Origin: Azolla caroliniana
Taxonomy: Eukaryota; Plantae; Polypodiophyta
Direction of reading: 5' to 3'
Length of the DNA stretch: 64,000 nt
Assembly: GCA_043228905.1 (NCBI GenBank)
Contig: JBHGNT010000003.1
Span: forward strand, 2,542,001 to 2,606,000
Positions 12,270-23,651 of the stretch are shown in pieces. Every line of letters begins with the position of its first letter. Position 1 is the first letter of the stretch. Both the position numbers and the translations under genes were made by a program. The notes under the pieces are model-generated. The model worked only from the letters and a program-made list of their open reading frames with translations. It had not been told where the DNA came from and ran no database searches.

Positions 12270-12930
12270 AGAGGATGTCCTCTCTAATCCGAAGTGCATC
12301 GGATTAGAAAGTACTTCCTCCCTAACTCGATGAACTGCATCGGGGTAGAGAGGAAATTAAGACAACACATACATAAGAAGCAAAGGTTATCCTCCCTAAT
12401 CCGATGCAATGCATCGGATTTGGGAGGAAAACCTCTGCATTGGATTTTAGAGGAGTTATCATCCCTAATCCGATGCACTACATTGGATTAGGGAGGATAT
12501 GATACGACATCCTCTGAAATCCGATGCATTTGCATCGCATTTCAAACGATGTCGTATCATATCCTCCCTAATTTGATGCATTGCATCGGATTTGGGAGGA
12601 TCTCAGAGGATGTCCTCCCTAATTCGATGCATTGCATCAGATTAGGGAGGGGATGATCAGGAAACCTTTGAAATCCGATGCACTGCATTGGATTTCAGAG
12701 GATTTTCTCCCTAATCTGATGCAATGCATCAGATTTCAGAGGATGTCGTATCATATCCTCCCTAATCCAATGTAATGTATCGGAGTAGGGAGGAGATGAT
12801 CAGAAAACCTCTGAAATCCGATGCAGTGCATTGGATTTCAGATGCGGATTTTAGAGGATGTCCTCCCTAATCCGATGTAGTGCATCGGATTAGGGAGGAT
12901 CCGATCCAGTGCATCGGATTTCAGAGGACG
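12270..12930. repeat. Array of about 14 palindromic units ATCCGATGCA-N-TGCATCGGAT
   Basis: Core palindrome (e.g. 12399-12419) flanked by TCCTCCCTA/TAGGGAGGA or CCTCTGAA/TTCAGAGG arms. Most variants are CG>TG/CA changes. Confidence 0.95.
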
Positions 12931-12949
12931 TGCTAGCTTTATTTTTGCT

Positions 12950-13340
12950 TTATTTTAGGTATATTTAGATGTATTTTATGTATATTTAGGTGTATTTTGT
13001 CGTATTTATGTGTATTTATTTATATCTGGGTGTATTTACGTGTCTGTTACATGTACTTAGGTGTATTTAGTAGTCTTTAGGTGTGTTTAGGTGTACTTAC
13101 GTGTATTTAGGTGTGTTTTATGTTTATTTTAGGTGTACTTAGGTGTATTGGAGAGTATTTAGTTGTGTTTAGTGTGTGTTTAGGTGTATTTACGTGTATT
13201 TAGGTGTGTTTTACATGTAGTTAAGGGTATTTAGATGTACTTACGTGTATTTAGGTGCGTTTTATGTGTATTTTACGTGTACTAAGGTGTATTAAAGAGA
13301 ATTTAGTTGTGTTTTTGGTGTATTCACGTATATTTTACAT
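12950..13340. repeat. Degenerate ~10-bp tandem repeat (GTGTATTTAG/C)
   Basis: gtgtatttag, gtgtatttac, gtgtgtttag and gtgtacttag repeated for about 400 bp. Confidence 0.9.
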
Positions 13341-14526
13341 TTATTTCATGCAAATATTTTGTTTTTTTCCCCCAATGAGCCCCGTCCAAAGGTGCCCTCT
13401 TTCAAGTTGAAGTTCCGGTCTCTGACAAAACATGACTCGGAGAGTTTTTTAAAAGAAAAGTCTCGACGATCATTATTCAAGTCCGGAGGTGGTGGGACCT
13501 CGAAATCATCCGTAAGGAATACGAAAAATAACAAATTATGCTCCTAGAAGATAAGTCCACGGAGCATAAGCTAAAAAATTATTCACACGTAGAATGGAGT
13601 CTCGCTTACGTCGAAGATGGGGTATTGCTGCTCATATTTGCCACGTCGAAAGGAAAATGAAAGCTTGAATTAGGGAAGATCTTCACCTATGGTAAAGTTC
13701 GTAATTTAGAATATGAAGACAGTGATTTGTCCATTATCTTCCTTGAAGTTGAGAGCTCAGGTGGTATAAGGCGAGTGCAAGTTGATGAAGGAAACCTAGT
13801 ACTTGATGTATGCCACCCAAAATCTTTGTGAAAAGATATGCAAACAAAGAATAATCTTATTGTAGCTCTTCGGCCTTATGTTATTGGAGAGATGATGAGC
13901 ACAGAAGCAGAGACTCCACCTAAAAAGTCTCGGAAAAACAAAACCGGAACATAAAAAATATCAAAAACGACAAATATCTAATGATGAGGACCTCGACGTC
14001 TTGGAGTTCGAGGAAGAAGAAGATGATGAACAACTTGAAATTGTCCCTCCAGGAGGGCAAATATCTTCCGGTGTATTGACTTCTGAGCAAAACCGGATTA
14101 GAGAAAATATAGCTAGGACCAAACTACTACGAAAAGGTTAACTCTTCCATCTACCAATTTCTTCAATTTAAAGGCCGCCCATCGACCTTGAAACTGGAAG
14201 ACGCACGCTCCAGATTAGAGAGCCATATGCAGTGCATGTACAAAATTTGAAAAGCAAAATGAAGATAAATCCACATGCAATCGTCGTACCTTTTTTGGTT
14301 TTGGTGGACCTTGAACAATGTTTGACGGTCGCTGATTTTTGTCAGTACCAAGGATAAAAGATAGAGTGATGGAAGAAGGATAGAGAAGAATGTATGTATA
14401 AGATAGAGAAAGAAAGAGAATGGATACAAGATATGTAATGAGAGCTAAAGACTAGTGTTGATTCGAATTGATTTAAGAATACATGTATGCGCTTATTTAT
14501 AGGTTCCTATAGAATAGCTTAGAGAT

Positions 14527-14590
14527 TTCTAGAATGTTCTAGAATGTTCTAGACCTAGAATGCTCTAGGACATTCTAGAACATTCTAGAA
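14527..14590. promoter_or_regulatory. Heat-shock element array in the 3' LTR
   Basis: TTC-TA-GAA-TG-TTC-TA-GAA-TG-TTC, then TTC-TA-GAA-CA-TTC-TA-GAA: perfect alternating nGAAn units just upstream of the minus-strand TATA (CCTATAAATA, about 14494-14503). Confidence 0.75.
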
Positions 14591-14732
14591 TAATCTAGAG
14601 TTTTTACAATAATCAATGTAATACAAGAAGTAGCTTTTATTGTTTCATATAACAATAAGCTATCTTAATGGTTGAGGTTTTCAAGTATGAATTACAAGGT
14701 TCGAGGTTCAAGTCCAGGTGATGCCATAATGG

Positions 14733-15409
14733 TCATGTGTTCATGACACTATCCCTCCTTCGAGAACGCCGAGTGGAAGTCGGCGTTAACATTGTTGGGC
14801 CGGGCTTGTTTGGATAGTGACGATGGAAGTCGTTGACCAGAGCTTCAACATTACAAACGTTATCGATGGGTTCCCAAGTGCGATCACTCGGAGGATAACC
14901 AAGCCAATCAACTAGATAATAAAGCTTATTGCGCACAATCTTAGAATCGAGAATAGCAGCTACCTCGTATTCGGGGCCGTCCACAAGTTGTATAGAAGGC
15001 GGTGGTGGCACGACACGATCAGGAATTAAAGAGGTGTGGCAAGGTTCCAAAAGAGAGCTATGAAAGATAGGGTGAAGTCGCATATGTGCAGGAAGGTTAA
15101 TGCGAAATGTTGCATCATTAATCTGCGCCGTGATGACAAAAGGACCTAAGCGTTGATAGTCAAGCTTAGCACACGGTCGGGTAGTCTTGATGTGACGACG
15201 AAGCAACCATACATGGTCACCAACCTTAAACGGAGACTTAAGACGATGTCGATCGGCATTGGTCTTATGGTGTGCTTGCGCTTTCTGAAGATGTGACAAT
15301 AACTCGAACTGGATTTGTTGTAGTTGGTGGAGGTGATGCGCCGCACTAGGGTTTCGTGACACCTCGGGAAGATCCAGTATACACCATCGAGGGTGGTTGC
15401 CGGCGTAGG
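14733..15409 (-). pseudogene. Integrase C-terminus (GPY/F) + chromodomain of the chromovirus
   Basis: FKVGDHVWL, KLDYQRLGPF, HPIFHSSLL, EYEVAAILDSK...YLVDWLGYPPSDRTWEP. Confidence 0.95.
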
Positions 15410-15512
15410 CATCACTCTATCTTTTATCCTTGGTTCTGACAGTTTGATTCGAATTGATTTGAGAATACATGTATGCGCTTATTTATAGGTTCCTATAGAA
15501 TAACTTAGAGAT

Positions 15513-15576
15513 TTCTAGAATGTTCTAGAATGTTCTAGACCTAGAATGCTTTAGGACATTCTAGAACATTCTAGAA
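15513..15576. promoter_or_regulatory. Heat-shock element array in the 5' LTR
   Basis: Same TTCnnGAAnnTTC array as in the other LTR. Confidence 0.75.
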
Positions 15577-18500
15577 TAATCTAGAGTTTTTACAATAATC
15601 AATGTAATACAAGAAGTAGCTTTTATTGTTTCATATAACAATAAGCTATCTTAATGGTTGAGGTTTTCAAGTATGAATTACAAGGTTCGAGGTTCAAGTC
15701 CGGGTGATGTCATGTGTTCATGACAATTTTAAATATAGCTCTTCAGATGATTATACTTATTATGTTATCGGAGGATCTCATTTAGCTGAAGCCCGACGTC
15801 AACTCGTCAAGGAATATCCGCTCACTCCATTTTTTAAGTACGCAGAATGTAAAATATATGCAGGTCTTACTCATGAAGAGGCCAAGTTGTTAGCTTGGGA
15901 CTACAATGATAGTGATTATAGACAAAAGATGTCTTGTATCGAACGCATCAAATTATTTCACCATGAGTATTTGGATGCGTTGCAAAGATTTGGACCCAAG
16001 TTGAACATTGGCTTACGACGTTAGTGTTTACTAGAAGTGGGTATTGCAGTTGACGAGAGTACGAAATTTGAAGGGCCACGGAAATATGACTCATGGTTTC
16101 AGCTTGCCTTTAGAACAGGTAAGGTATGGGAGCTCCAAGATAGAATATTTGGCATGTGGGAGTGCAAGGAGGTCAAAGTTCAACGGGCAAAGAAGGCCAA
16201 GGTACATCCACAAGTGGAGATGAAGACAAAGTCACGTAAAAGTGACTTATTTATTGAGGAGATGACTGAAGATATGAAGTTGCTACCTTGGAGGTCACTA
16301 CAAGGAATTAAAGATGATAGATTGTTAATATCTGTGCTATCTCGAGTTGCAGCCAAGGAGTTTAGCTTGGACGAGATGGTGACTGAGTTACAAAAGTATG
16401 TAAAATTGAAATGTTTTTCTTTATTCTTGTGCATTTCCTTTGATAACTAATTTCACATTTCATATTTTATTTTTAGTCATAAAGTATACATGAAGATACA
16501 AGAATTGATGATGAAAAAATTGTGCCTACCAACCTGGGAAGAAGTCGAATAAGCTTGCCCAATAACATCATCATATAAGGCATTAGAAGATTTCTTCATT
16601 GTATTTAGAGAATGGGTATGTGTATTTTCAATTTGAAAAGATTCAATTATCATTTATCAGATATATTCCTTACAAGAAATGAATTTTGCAGAAACCACCT
16701 CGATCAAAGAAAGTTGGTGATAGTAATGACGGTATTCCAAGTTCGTTCATTACACACTTGGAACGTGCTAAATATGAAAAAAGAATGACAAAAGGAAAGG
16801 AGTTGGAAGTGTCGAAGGACTCCGCAACGGTAAATTTTTTTTTGCATAGAGTTGATCCTTTCAAACAATTACATGATAGTTTATTCCAGGGGGATGTGGC
16901 GAATATGCTCGACATATTACCAAAAAGGCATTATACATTACTTATTGCTGATATACCGTATGGATTCTGGATCACGGGTTCCATGTTCGATGATGTGCCT
17001 TTCAAGTACCCCTAGATTGAGAAGATGGTAAAGGACTTCGCAGAGGTTACCTTAGCACCATTGTGGAGGATAGTCATATTTCATAGCATGGGTCAATCAT
17101 TGTCAATCACAACAACTTTAAAGTCATGAGGTCATGCAATAGAGCATATGCATTGGTGAGTTATAAGTTGTTTTTTGATAATATTCTCTTAGATATGTGG
17201 TTTATATATGTTCCATTCAAATTTTAACTCATTTGTTTTGGGCTCAATAGGATTAAAACAATTATTACACGTAGCTCGGGCGATCGTAAGGTCAGTGCAG
17301 TTGAGCATCTTAGTGGGTTATTATGATGTAATAACGAAGAAGAAGGTTCAGTCACACATTAACAAAAGAAACGTTGTAAATTATATAATGTGCCTAGCTA
17401 TGACAAAGAAGCTTCAACATGTATAAGGTGAAAAGAGCCTTGTGAACCCTTATCAAAAACCTCAAAGATTGATCAACTGCCTAATCGAGCTCTTCTCTAA
17501 CCCAGATGATTGGGTTTTGGATTTGTTCTCTAGCACAGGTATATGTAATATAAGTTTAGTCTCGTTAATTTGATTAAGTTATAGACTTTCATTATTATTT
17601 TGACTTCTGCACTTCTATTTTACGATCAGGTACTACTACAGTTTGTGCATTAAAAATGTTCACAAACTGTGTCGCGTTGGAGAAGGACCTTGAACAAGTT
17701 AACTACATCAAAATGAGGATCCAAGGAATCTGGGATTGTCCGGATCAAGATCAAGAAGTCAGAACGAAGCACATCAATGAAACAGAGAGGTTTCAGATGA
17801 CTTCGAGAGAGCCAATGGAACCTATAGATGAAGATGCAAGTGACCTTGTGGACCTAGAAGATGTAATAGAATTTGAACATATGCATGGTTTAGCGGAGCA
17901 AACAATCAATGCTACAGAGGACAATTTAGAAGAGTCCATTCATCTAGAAGAGCCCACGTTGCCTGACTTGCTTATAAATTGATTTCTATGGTTAGGTGTA
18001 TTATTTGAACGATATTAAATGTTAGACATTGACTTGTGACTATTGTTTCATTTGAACACAATTAGAACTTAAAGTTTGAGTTTATTTAACCTTATGCGTT
18101 TCCTAAAGTCTTATTGATTTATACGGCAAAGTGTATAATTTGAATGGTATTAATGTTTTACATGTTCTTCAACCTTTCTTTGCAAAGTTTGCAAGGGTTT
18201 TTATAGATGATTTTGGCCATCAATAGTGCAAGGATGGGTCATCTAGAAACGTTGTGTGCGGATAATCTTTAGTATTTGATTTATGTATAATTTGACTAAG
18301 TCTATAATTTTAAGGGTATTAAATGTTTATCTTTGACTTCTACCTTCTAGAGTTATAAAACTATTAATTTTTAAAGTTTGATGTATTATATGTGATTATA
18401 TTATAAAATTAGCATCTATGTCATTCTTGGAGTGGGCAACTATTTTTATCTTCGCCACAATTACGGTTCAAATGATTAAAGTTGCATATAATTCCATTCC

Positions 18501-18719
18501 GTTAATTTAGAATTTCACCAAAAACATGACATATGAAATATATGGCTATTGATTTTCTTGACATAAAATTATTTAGTTAAAATTTTTGCTATATTTTAAG
18601 GAACCTTGTATGCATGCGTGGTACCTTTTTGAAATTTTGCTAAAATAAGGCATATTCTAACATCTCCTCAAGATGTGAAAAAGAGAATGCGACATATTAC
18701 CTGTTTCAAATGTCCCAGT

Positions 18720-20010
18720 GTTAAGAATGTTTTGAATAGAGTCTCTCTATTCAGAAAGATTGTAAGGCTGAGATATCAAGATGGTTCTAATATAGTTGAG
18801 CACTTGAATCAAACTATCTCTTTAGAAATACCTTTGGTAGATGAGGTATTGGGTTTATTATTGTTAAGGTCTCTCCCAGATAGTTGGGAAACACTTGTGG
18901 TGACACAAGGGAACTCAGTACCACAAGGAAAGCAACTAACATTGGCACGCTTACGTCAAGTCTTCTTCTTATTTTTTCCTGAAAAAATATCCTCCATTGG
19001 TATTAAAATGAAAGTAGCCAGAGGCCATGTACAAAATAGTCTAATATTACTATGAATATTGTAAAGTCGTGCCGAATGACGCTAGCCAATCTTTCTAGGT
19101 AAAGATAAGTAAGAAAAAGAAAACCTCGCCAATCTTTGTAGGCAAAGAAAGTACAATAAAGCCATACCATTCTCCAAATCAGCAAGATGTATAGTCCAAC
19201 CTCTAAAAAAAAGCCAGCAAAGGAGTCTGTAGTTTCTTTTTTTGGTGTCAACTTGATGATAAATTCAATTGCTTCTTTTGCCACATCATCATTCCCATGA
19301 AGTTGGCAAGATCTTAAAATAACCATCCATGATGATAAAGAAGGCTCATCAGGAAGCTTTTGCAACAAGTTACTTGCTGCTTCGACGCCACATGACCTTT
19401 TGTCCTGTGCCATGTTCACTCACCCCATAAGCATGAAAATGACTTTGGATACCCAGACATCATTCAAGGATCTATGGAAATCACCAATAAACAGACATAT
19501 TCTTACATTCGACTATAATCCAATGGTATTTCCTGATCGAAACTTAATTTCACAACCTCCAAATTCCCCCATTTACGTAAAGTCTTCTTAATGAAGAAAC
19601 ACGATGAAAAGAGTGTGAATTTAGCTTTCAGCATAAAGCCTTGGTCAAGAAAACAACCCCAATAAAGGAAGAAGCCATAATCCAGGTCCACAAAATCACA
19701 AAAATAACTTTAAGGGATGGTCTAAATCTAGAAATAGGAAAAGACCTTAAGAAAGACTTTTCATGCAGTTATTAAGGTGGTTCAAATCACTATGAAAGAT
19801 ATTGTAGAAAAAAGAAGGGGAACCAAAAGAATGGAACCAATGACGACAAGAAAAATGACCCTACAATAGCCACATGTGATGGAGAAATTGTTATTGTTTG
19901 TGATGATGCTTGTGTTAGTTCAACAAGCTGACAAATCGATTGGATTATTGACTTGCGAGCCTTGTATCACATTACCCCCTATCGGGAGATGTTAGCATCA
20001 TATGTCGATG
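18720..20010 (+). mobile_element. Degenerate Ty1/copia gag-protease fragment (Tnt1-like), interrupted
   Basis: NRVSLFRKIVRLRYQDG...LLLLRSLPDSWETLVVT (gag); later an SKSRNR/zinc-knuckle remnant and DWIIDLRALYHITP (protease WIIDSGASYH-like). Confidence 0.75.
19220..19410 (-). pseudogene. PPR E-domain fragment
   Basis: EAASNLLQKLPDEPSLSSWMVILRSCQLHGNDDVAKEAIEFIIKLTP resembles the PPR E motif (P...WxxLLxAC..HGN...A). Confidence 0.7.
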
Positions 20011-21104
20011 GTGCCATCTTAAACAATTTGAGAGTGACATCGTCATCTTTTGACACCATGTCACTCGTATCTTCTTTCCTTGTCTTTGATATCATGTCCA
20101 CCATGGCATTTTTCTTCCTACTATTAGATGAACATATGGATTCATTGATTTGATGTATGTGATCAATCTTAGCATGATTTCTAGTCACTGTCGAGACCAT
20201 CTTTATTCATCAATTATTATTGTCAACAACCCAACCTATCCAAAGTGTCAGCAACTACATTGCCACTTACTACTTTAATGAGCTTACACTCCATGTGAGA
20301 TTATTGAGGGACTTCTAAGAGTTGTTGTTGTCCAATGATTGGGGTAAATTGAATGACAATTTGAACAATATAGATCACATTTATCAACATCAAATAATGA
20401 ACCTATAATATCTCTTTGTTTACTCTAGCTATTAGGAACTCTAGCTATTAGGAAGTCTTCAGTTTTACTCTCATCCCCCCAAATGGTGATTTGTGTCGTC
20501 GGTGTAGGGTTACTATTGTCGTTATGGTATGGTAGACATCACGATAAAGATTCACCATACGACAAACAAAGGGGCTTAAAAAAGCCCCATAGGTTTGTGG
20601 CATGTTATGGAAGGGGAATCAAAAGGGTGGCATTTGTGTACAAATTACTAGCTTACTATTTCTGCAAAGAGGATTGACCTCTTGCCCAATTATTTAGCTA
20701 TGCACTATGTGGCTACGACTGGGCACTTTATACTAACGTTATAGACTTAAATAGTTGTGATGCATTAAAAGATAACATGATTGTCTAATGAGACTCATAC
20801 AAATTATAGTTCATTTTAATAGGGGAAAAGACAAAATGATTGCTGATTTAACAAATGCTTGTGACAAGATACTCAATATTAAAGTAATCATCAATTATTT
20901 ATCATATATTTGTACAATATGGGATCCTAACTTCTATGTTTGGCCATGTTTTTATGAGTCCATAGAATTCTTATTCCTTGTCACTCCAAATGCAAAAATA
21001 ACGGAAATAACATACAATGAGATCCCAAATGAATGAAAAACAACAGAAATAACAAAGCTCCTTAAATTTTGCCCCAAGTTTTGATGGAAGTATTGATCGT
21101 TAAG

Positions 21105-22331
21105 TTAGGGTTTAAAATTGGTAATAGCCTGTTTGCAAAATAATGAGAATAGGAGCAGTAGAAACGCCACAAGCAGCAAAATCATTAGGTATGGCTGAGA
21201 AGAATACTTCTCATAGCCATGGAACGCCCACGATTCTCGTAGTCGTCCAATACATCGTGTGTCATGTCGTCCCATCTCTCGCATGCTCGAATGTCGACAT
21301 TGGTGCACATGTTGTTCCACATCTCCACCAGCTTCTCATCACTCCCCAAGTAATTCTCTATCACCTGCGCCTTTGTCAAGATCGCTACATCCTCCGGAGT
21401 GTCGATGAGCGAGTTCATGATGGCGACATACTTAGTGAAATCACCGCTACTTTTGGAGCTTTGTTCATGTGCAAGGAGGTTTCTCAGCACATCCTCTGTC
21501 CTGTCATTCACGATAAGCCGTGGAAGATCGAATCGAAGGTTTGTCTTGTCATATTTCATCACTGATATGCTGCCTACAATCGCCCTGAACCTGATGCCGG
21601 CTTTCGAGAGCTGAGATGCTGTTGGTAGGCGATCACTAAAGATAGTTTTCTTTCGAGGTTCTTGTTTCCTCTAGAAAAGATTACCTAGTTGTGGGATACT
21701 ATATGCATTCATGGCTTCACTCCCATTCTTTTGTAATGGCTCCCTGCAGACCCAAACATGTAGGCAATCAAGTAGATGAGTGCACTGGTGAAAATTGGGA
21801 ATTTGAAAACTCTGGACAAACTCTAAAGAGAAACTCTGGCTTACAAGGAATGGATCAATTGTTGCAACAACAGCAAACAATCCTTCCTGGAGTTCATCCC
21901 CTTCAAATTTGGGTTTCTTCGGAAATGCTTCAATCAGCTTCTTTAGAAATGGCAGAGGAATTTGGTTGCCCATCAAGAACAAATCCCTGATTGCTTGTTT
22001 GAATGTGATGTTACTGTTGCAGATTTTGCAGAACTGGGTGTGTTCCTCGAGTATGGAATCCCATTCAGTCGGAATAAACCGAAGAAATTCACGAATGACG
22101 ATGGTATCAACAGTGACCAAAAGTTGGAGGGTCTCCGAAGTGCAATGGTCCGATTGTCAGGATCTGACGACGATATGACTGTAGCCGGGCATCCACTAAT
22201 GCTTTTGGAGGCTTTGAAATCTCCTTGAACAGCCGTGTATCATCATCAGTAGCATCAGTGGACTTATTGGTCCTTATTATCATGTCTTGTCTCCATTTGT
22301 TTTCCTCAGAAATGGATTGAGATTGATCCAT
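21105..22331 (-). pseudogene. DUF247/UPF0481 pseudogene
   Basis: MDQSQSISEENKW...LTIGPLH, then a frameshifting deletion, VTVDT...NQIP...HLLDCL, stop at 21671, LRNLLAHEQ...MNSLIDTPEDVAIL and damaged TM end. Confidence 0.92.
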
Positions 22332-23435
22332 TTGACGTGCAAGCTTGATTTCCTTGTTGATATTCTCTTAAGCTTCTTCTTCTTCTCTTGATGCTTTCTT
22401 GTTGATATTCAAATTGATATTCTCTTGATGCTTTCTTGCAGAAGTCATTTCTTGCGGGAGATAAGAACAGAGAGAAAGACGAGAGAGAGAAGGGGAGATA
22501 AGAATGCCAGAATCATATGTCTGGAGAGAGACCATAATCATGCCATTTTATACACATAAAGCAAATATTCCAGTCTGTTTTTTAGTCAAATCTTCCACGA
22601 TTTGAGAAATCTCGTGGGTGTGGATGAGCTGAGTATACCAAGCAAAGCCAATTCATTTCCTTGTGGATGTGCAGGGACTTTTCTCCATACATGCTCCCTG
22701 CCATTCTTTGCTTTATATTATATGCAAGCTTGATCTTGATTTTAGAGACAAAGTTTTCCTTTTCTCGAGGCTAATTTGTTAGATTTGATTGTGTCGCTCT
22801 CTGTTGATTAATGATAGGAAATACATCAGTGAACACGATACATTTATAAAACACAAATACTGATCACATAAAATTTCCCTTCCTATACGAAATTGGATTA
22901 GAATTTGCCCTCAAATTAACCGAAAATGGGATAAATTGACTCAAATCATTTACATAATGCAATTGTTTGGCAGGAAATAAGTACAAAAAAATAAACTGAA
23001 ACTTTGGGAGCGTCTTGAGTAGTTCGTTGTTGACGCAGAATTCCTGGCTGTATAATTTTAAAATCCGCCCATGTTTTAGTATCTTGAAGTATAATCCATG
23101 AAAACCATACTTATTTGTTAATGGATCAATGATAATTTGTTCTAACTCGCGATTCCATATTGCGAAATATAGGCCAAAACAATTGTGATTAATTGCTTTC
23201 AAAGTCAAATGCATTGAAAGTTGAGAGTAACCTAGCACTGCATTATTGTCCTACAAGGAATCCATGTCACTATCCTAGGAATAAAAAGTCATAGAAAAAC
23301 ACCAAATGCAACAAAATCATGATTTGTGATTCTGTTGTTGTCAGTAATGGAGGAATGGGAACTCGTGACAAAATCTAAATGCCACATACAGATCTTAATT
23401 AGGGATTCAGATGAAAGTTGAAATATTGGAGACTT

Positions 23436-23651
23436 GTATGGTCCGATGGTCGAGATCTGAGGGAAATATGACTGTGGCTTCACCTCTAATAATGCTTGGG
23501 GAGGCTTCCAAATCTTCAAACTTCTTTCGTTCAATGGATCTGTATCAGTGTCAGTGGCATCATTGAAAATTATTGTAATGTGTTCTCACCATCCGTCTTC
23601 AGGGAATTCCGGTTTATGAAATAAATGGCAATGAGGGTTGGCTTCATCCAT
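23436..23651 (-). pseudogene. DUF247 5' fragment
   Basis: MDEANPHCHLFHKPEFPEDGW*...KIWKPPQALLEVKPQSYFPQISTIGP with the family 5' UTR upstream. Confidence 0.8.

Larger units (their letters stand above)
14340..15725 (-). mobile_element. Internally deleted Ty3/gypsy chromovirus (Tcn1-like) with two LTRs and a 5-bp TSD
   Basis: TG...CA ends; TSD ATTTT at 14335-14339 and 15726-15730; 3' LTR 14340-14748; truncated 5' LTR about 15444-15725; PPT AAGGAGGGATAG next to 14748. Confidence 0.95.
13360..17982 (+). pseudogene. Copy B: N-terminal domain + basic/acidic linker + ParB/Srx-like domain + helical region + beta-class amino-DNA methyltransferase + acidic tail
   Basis: The frame is continuous across the LTR insertion (...QIREPYAVHVQNLKSKMKINPHAIVVPFLVLVD...ADF/KYSSSDDYTYYVIGGSHLAEARRQL...KIYAGLTHEEAKLLAWD). 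Introns 16396-16476, 16616-16691, 17156-17250 and 17539-17629 sit at the same positions and phases as in copy A. Motifs LLIADIPYG (16950-16961) and NPYQKP...DWVLDLFSST/GTT. Many premature stops (e.g. 16022, 17013, 17424). Confidence 0.85.

Noticed and set aside
12270-12930. CRISPR-like appearance of palindromic repeats with linkers
   Set aside because: The linkers are short, irregular and themselves repeated in both orientations; there are no cas genes; the context is eukaryotic.
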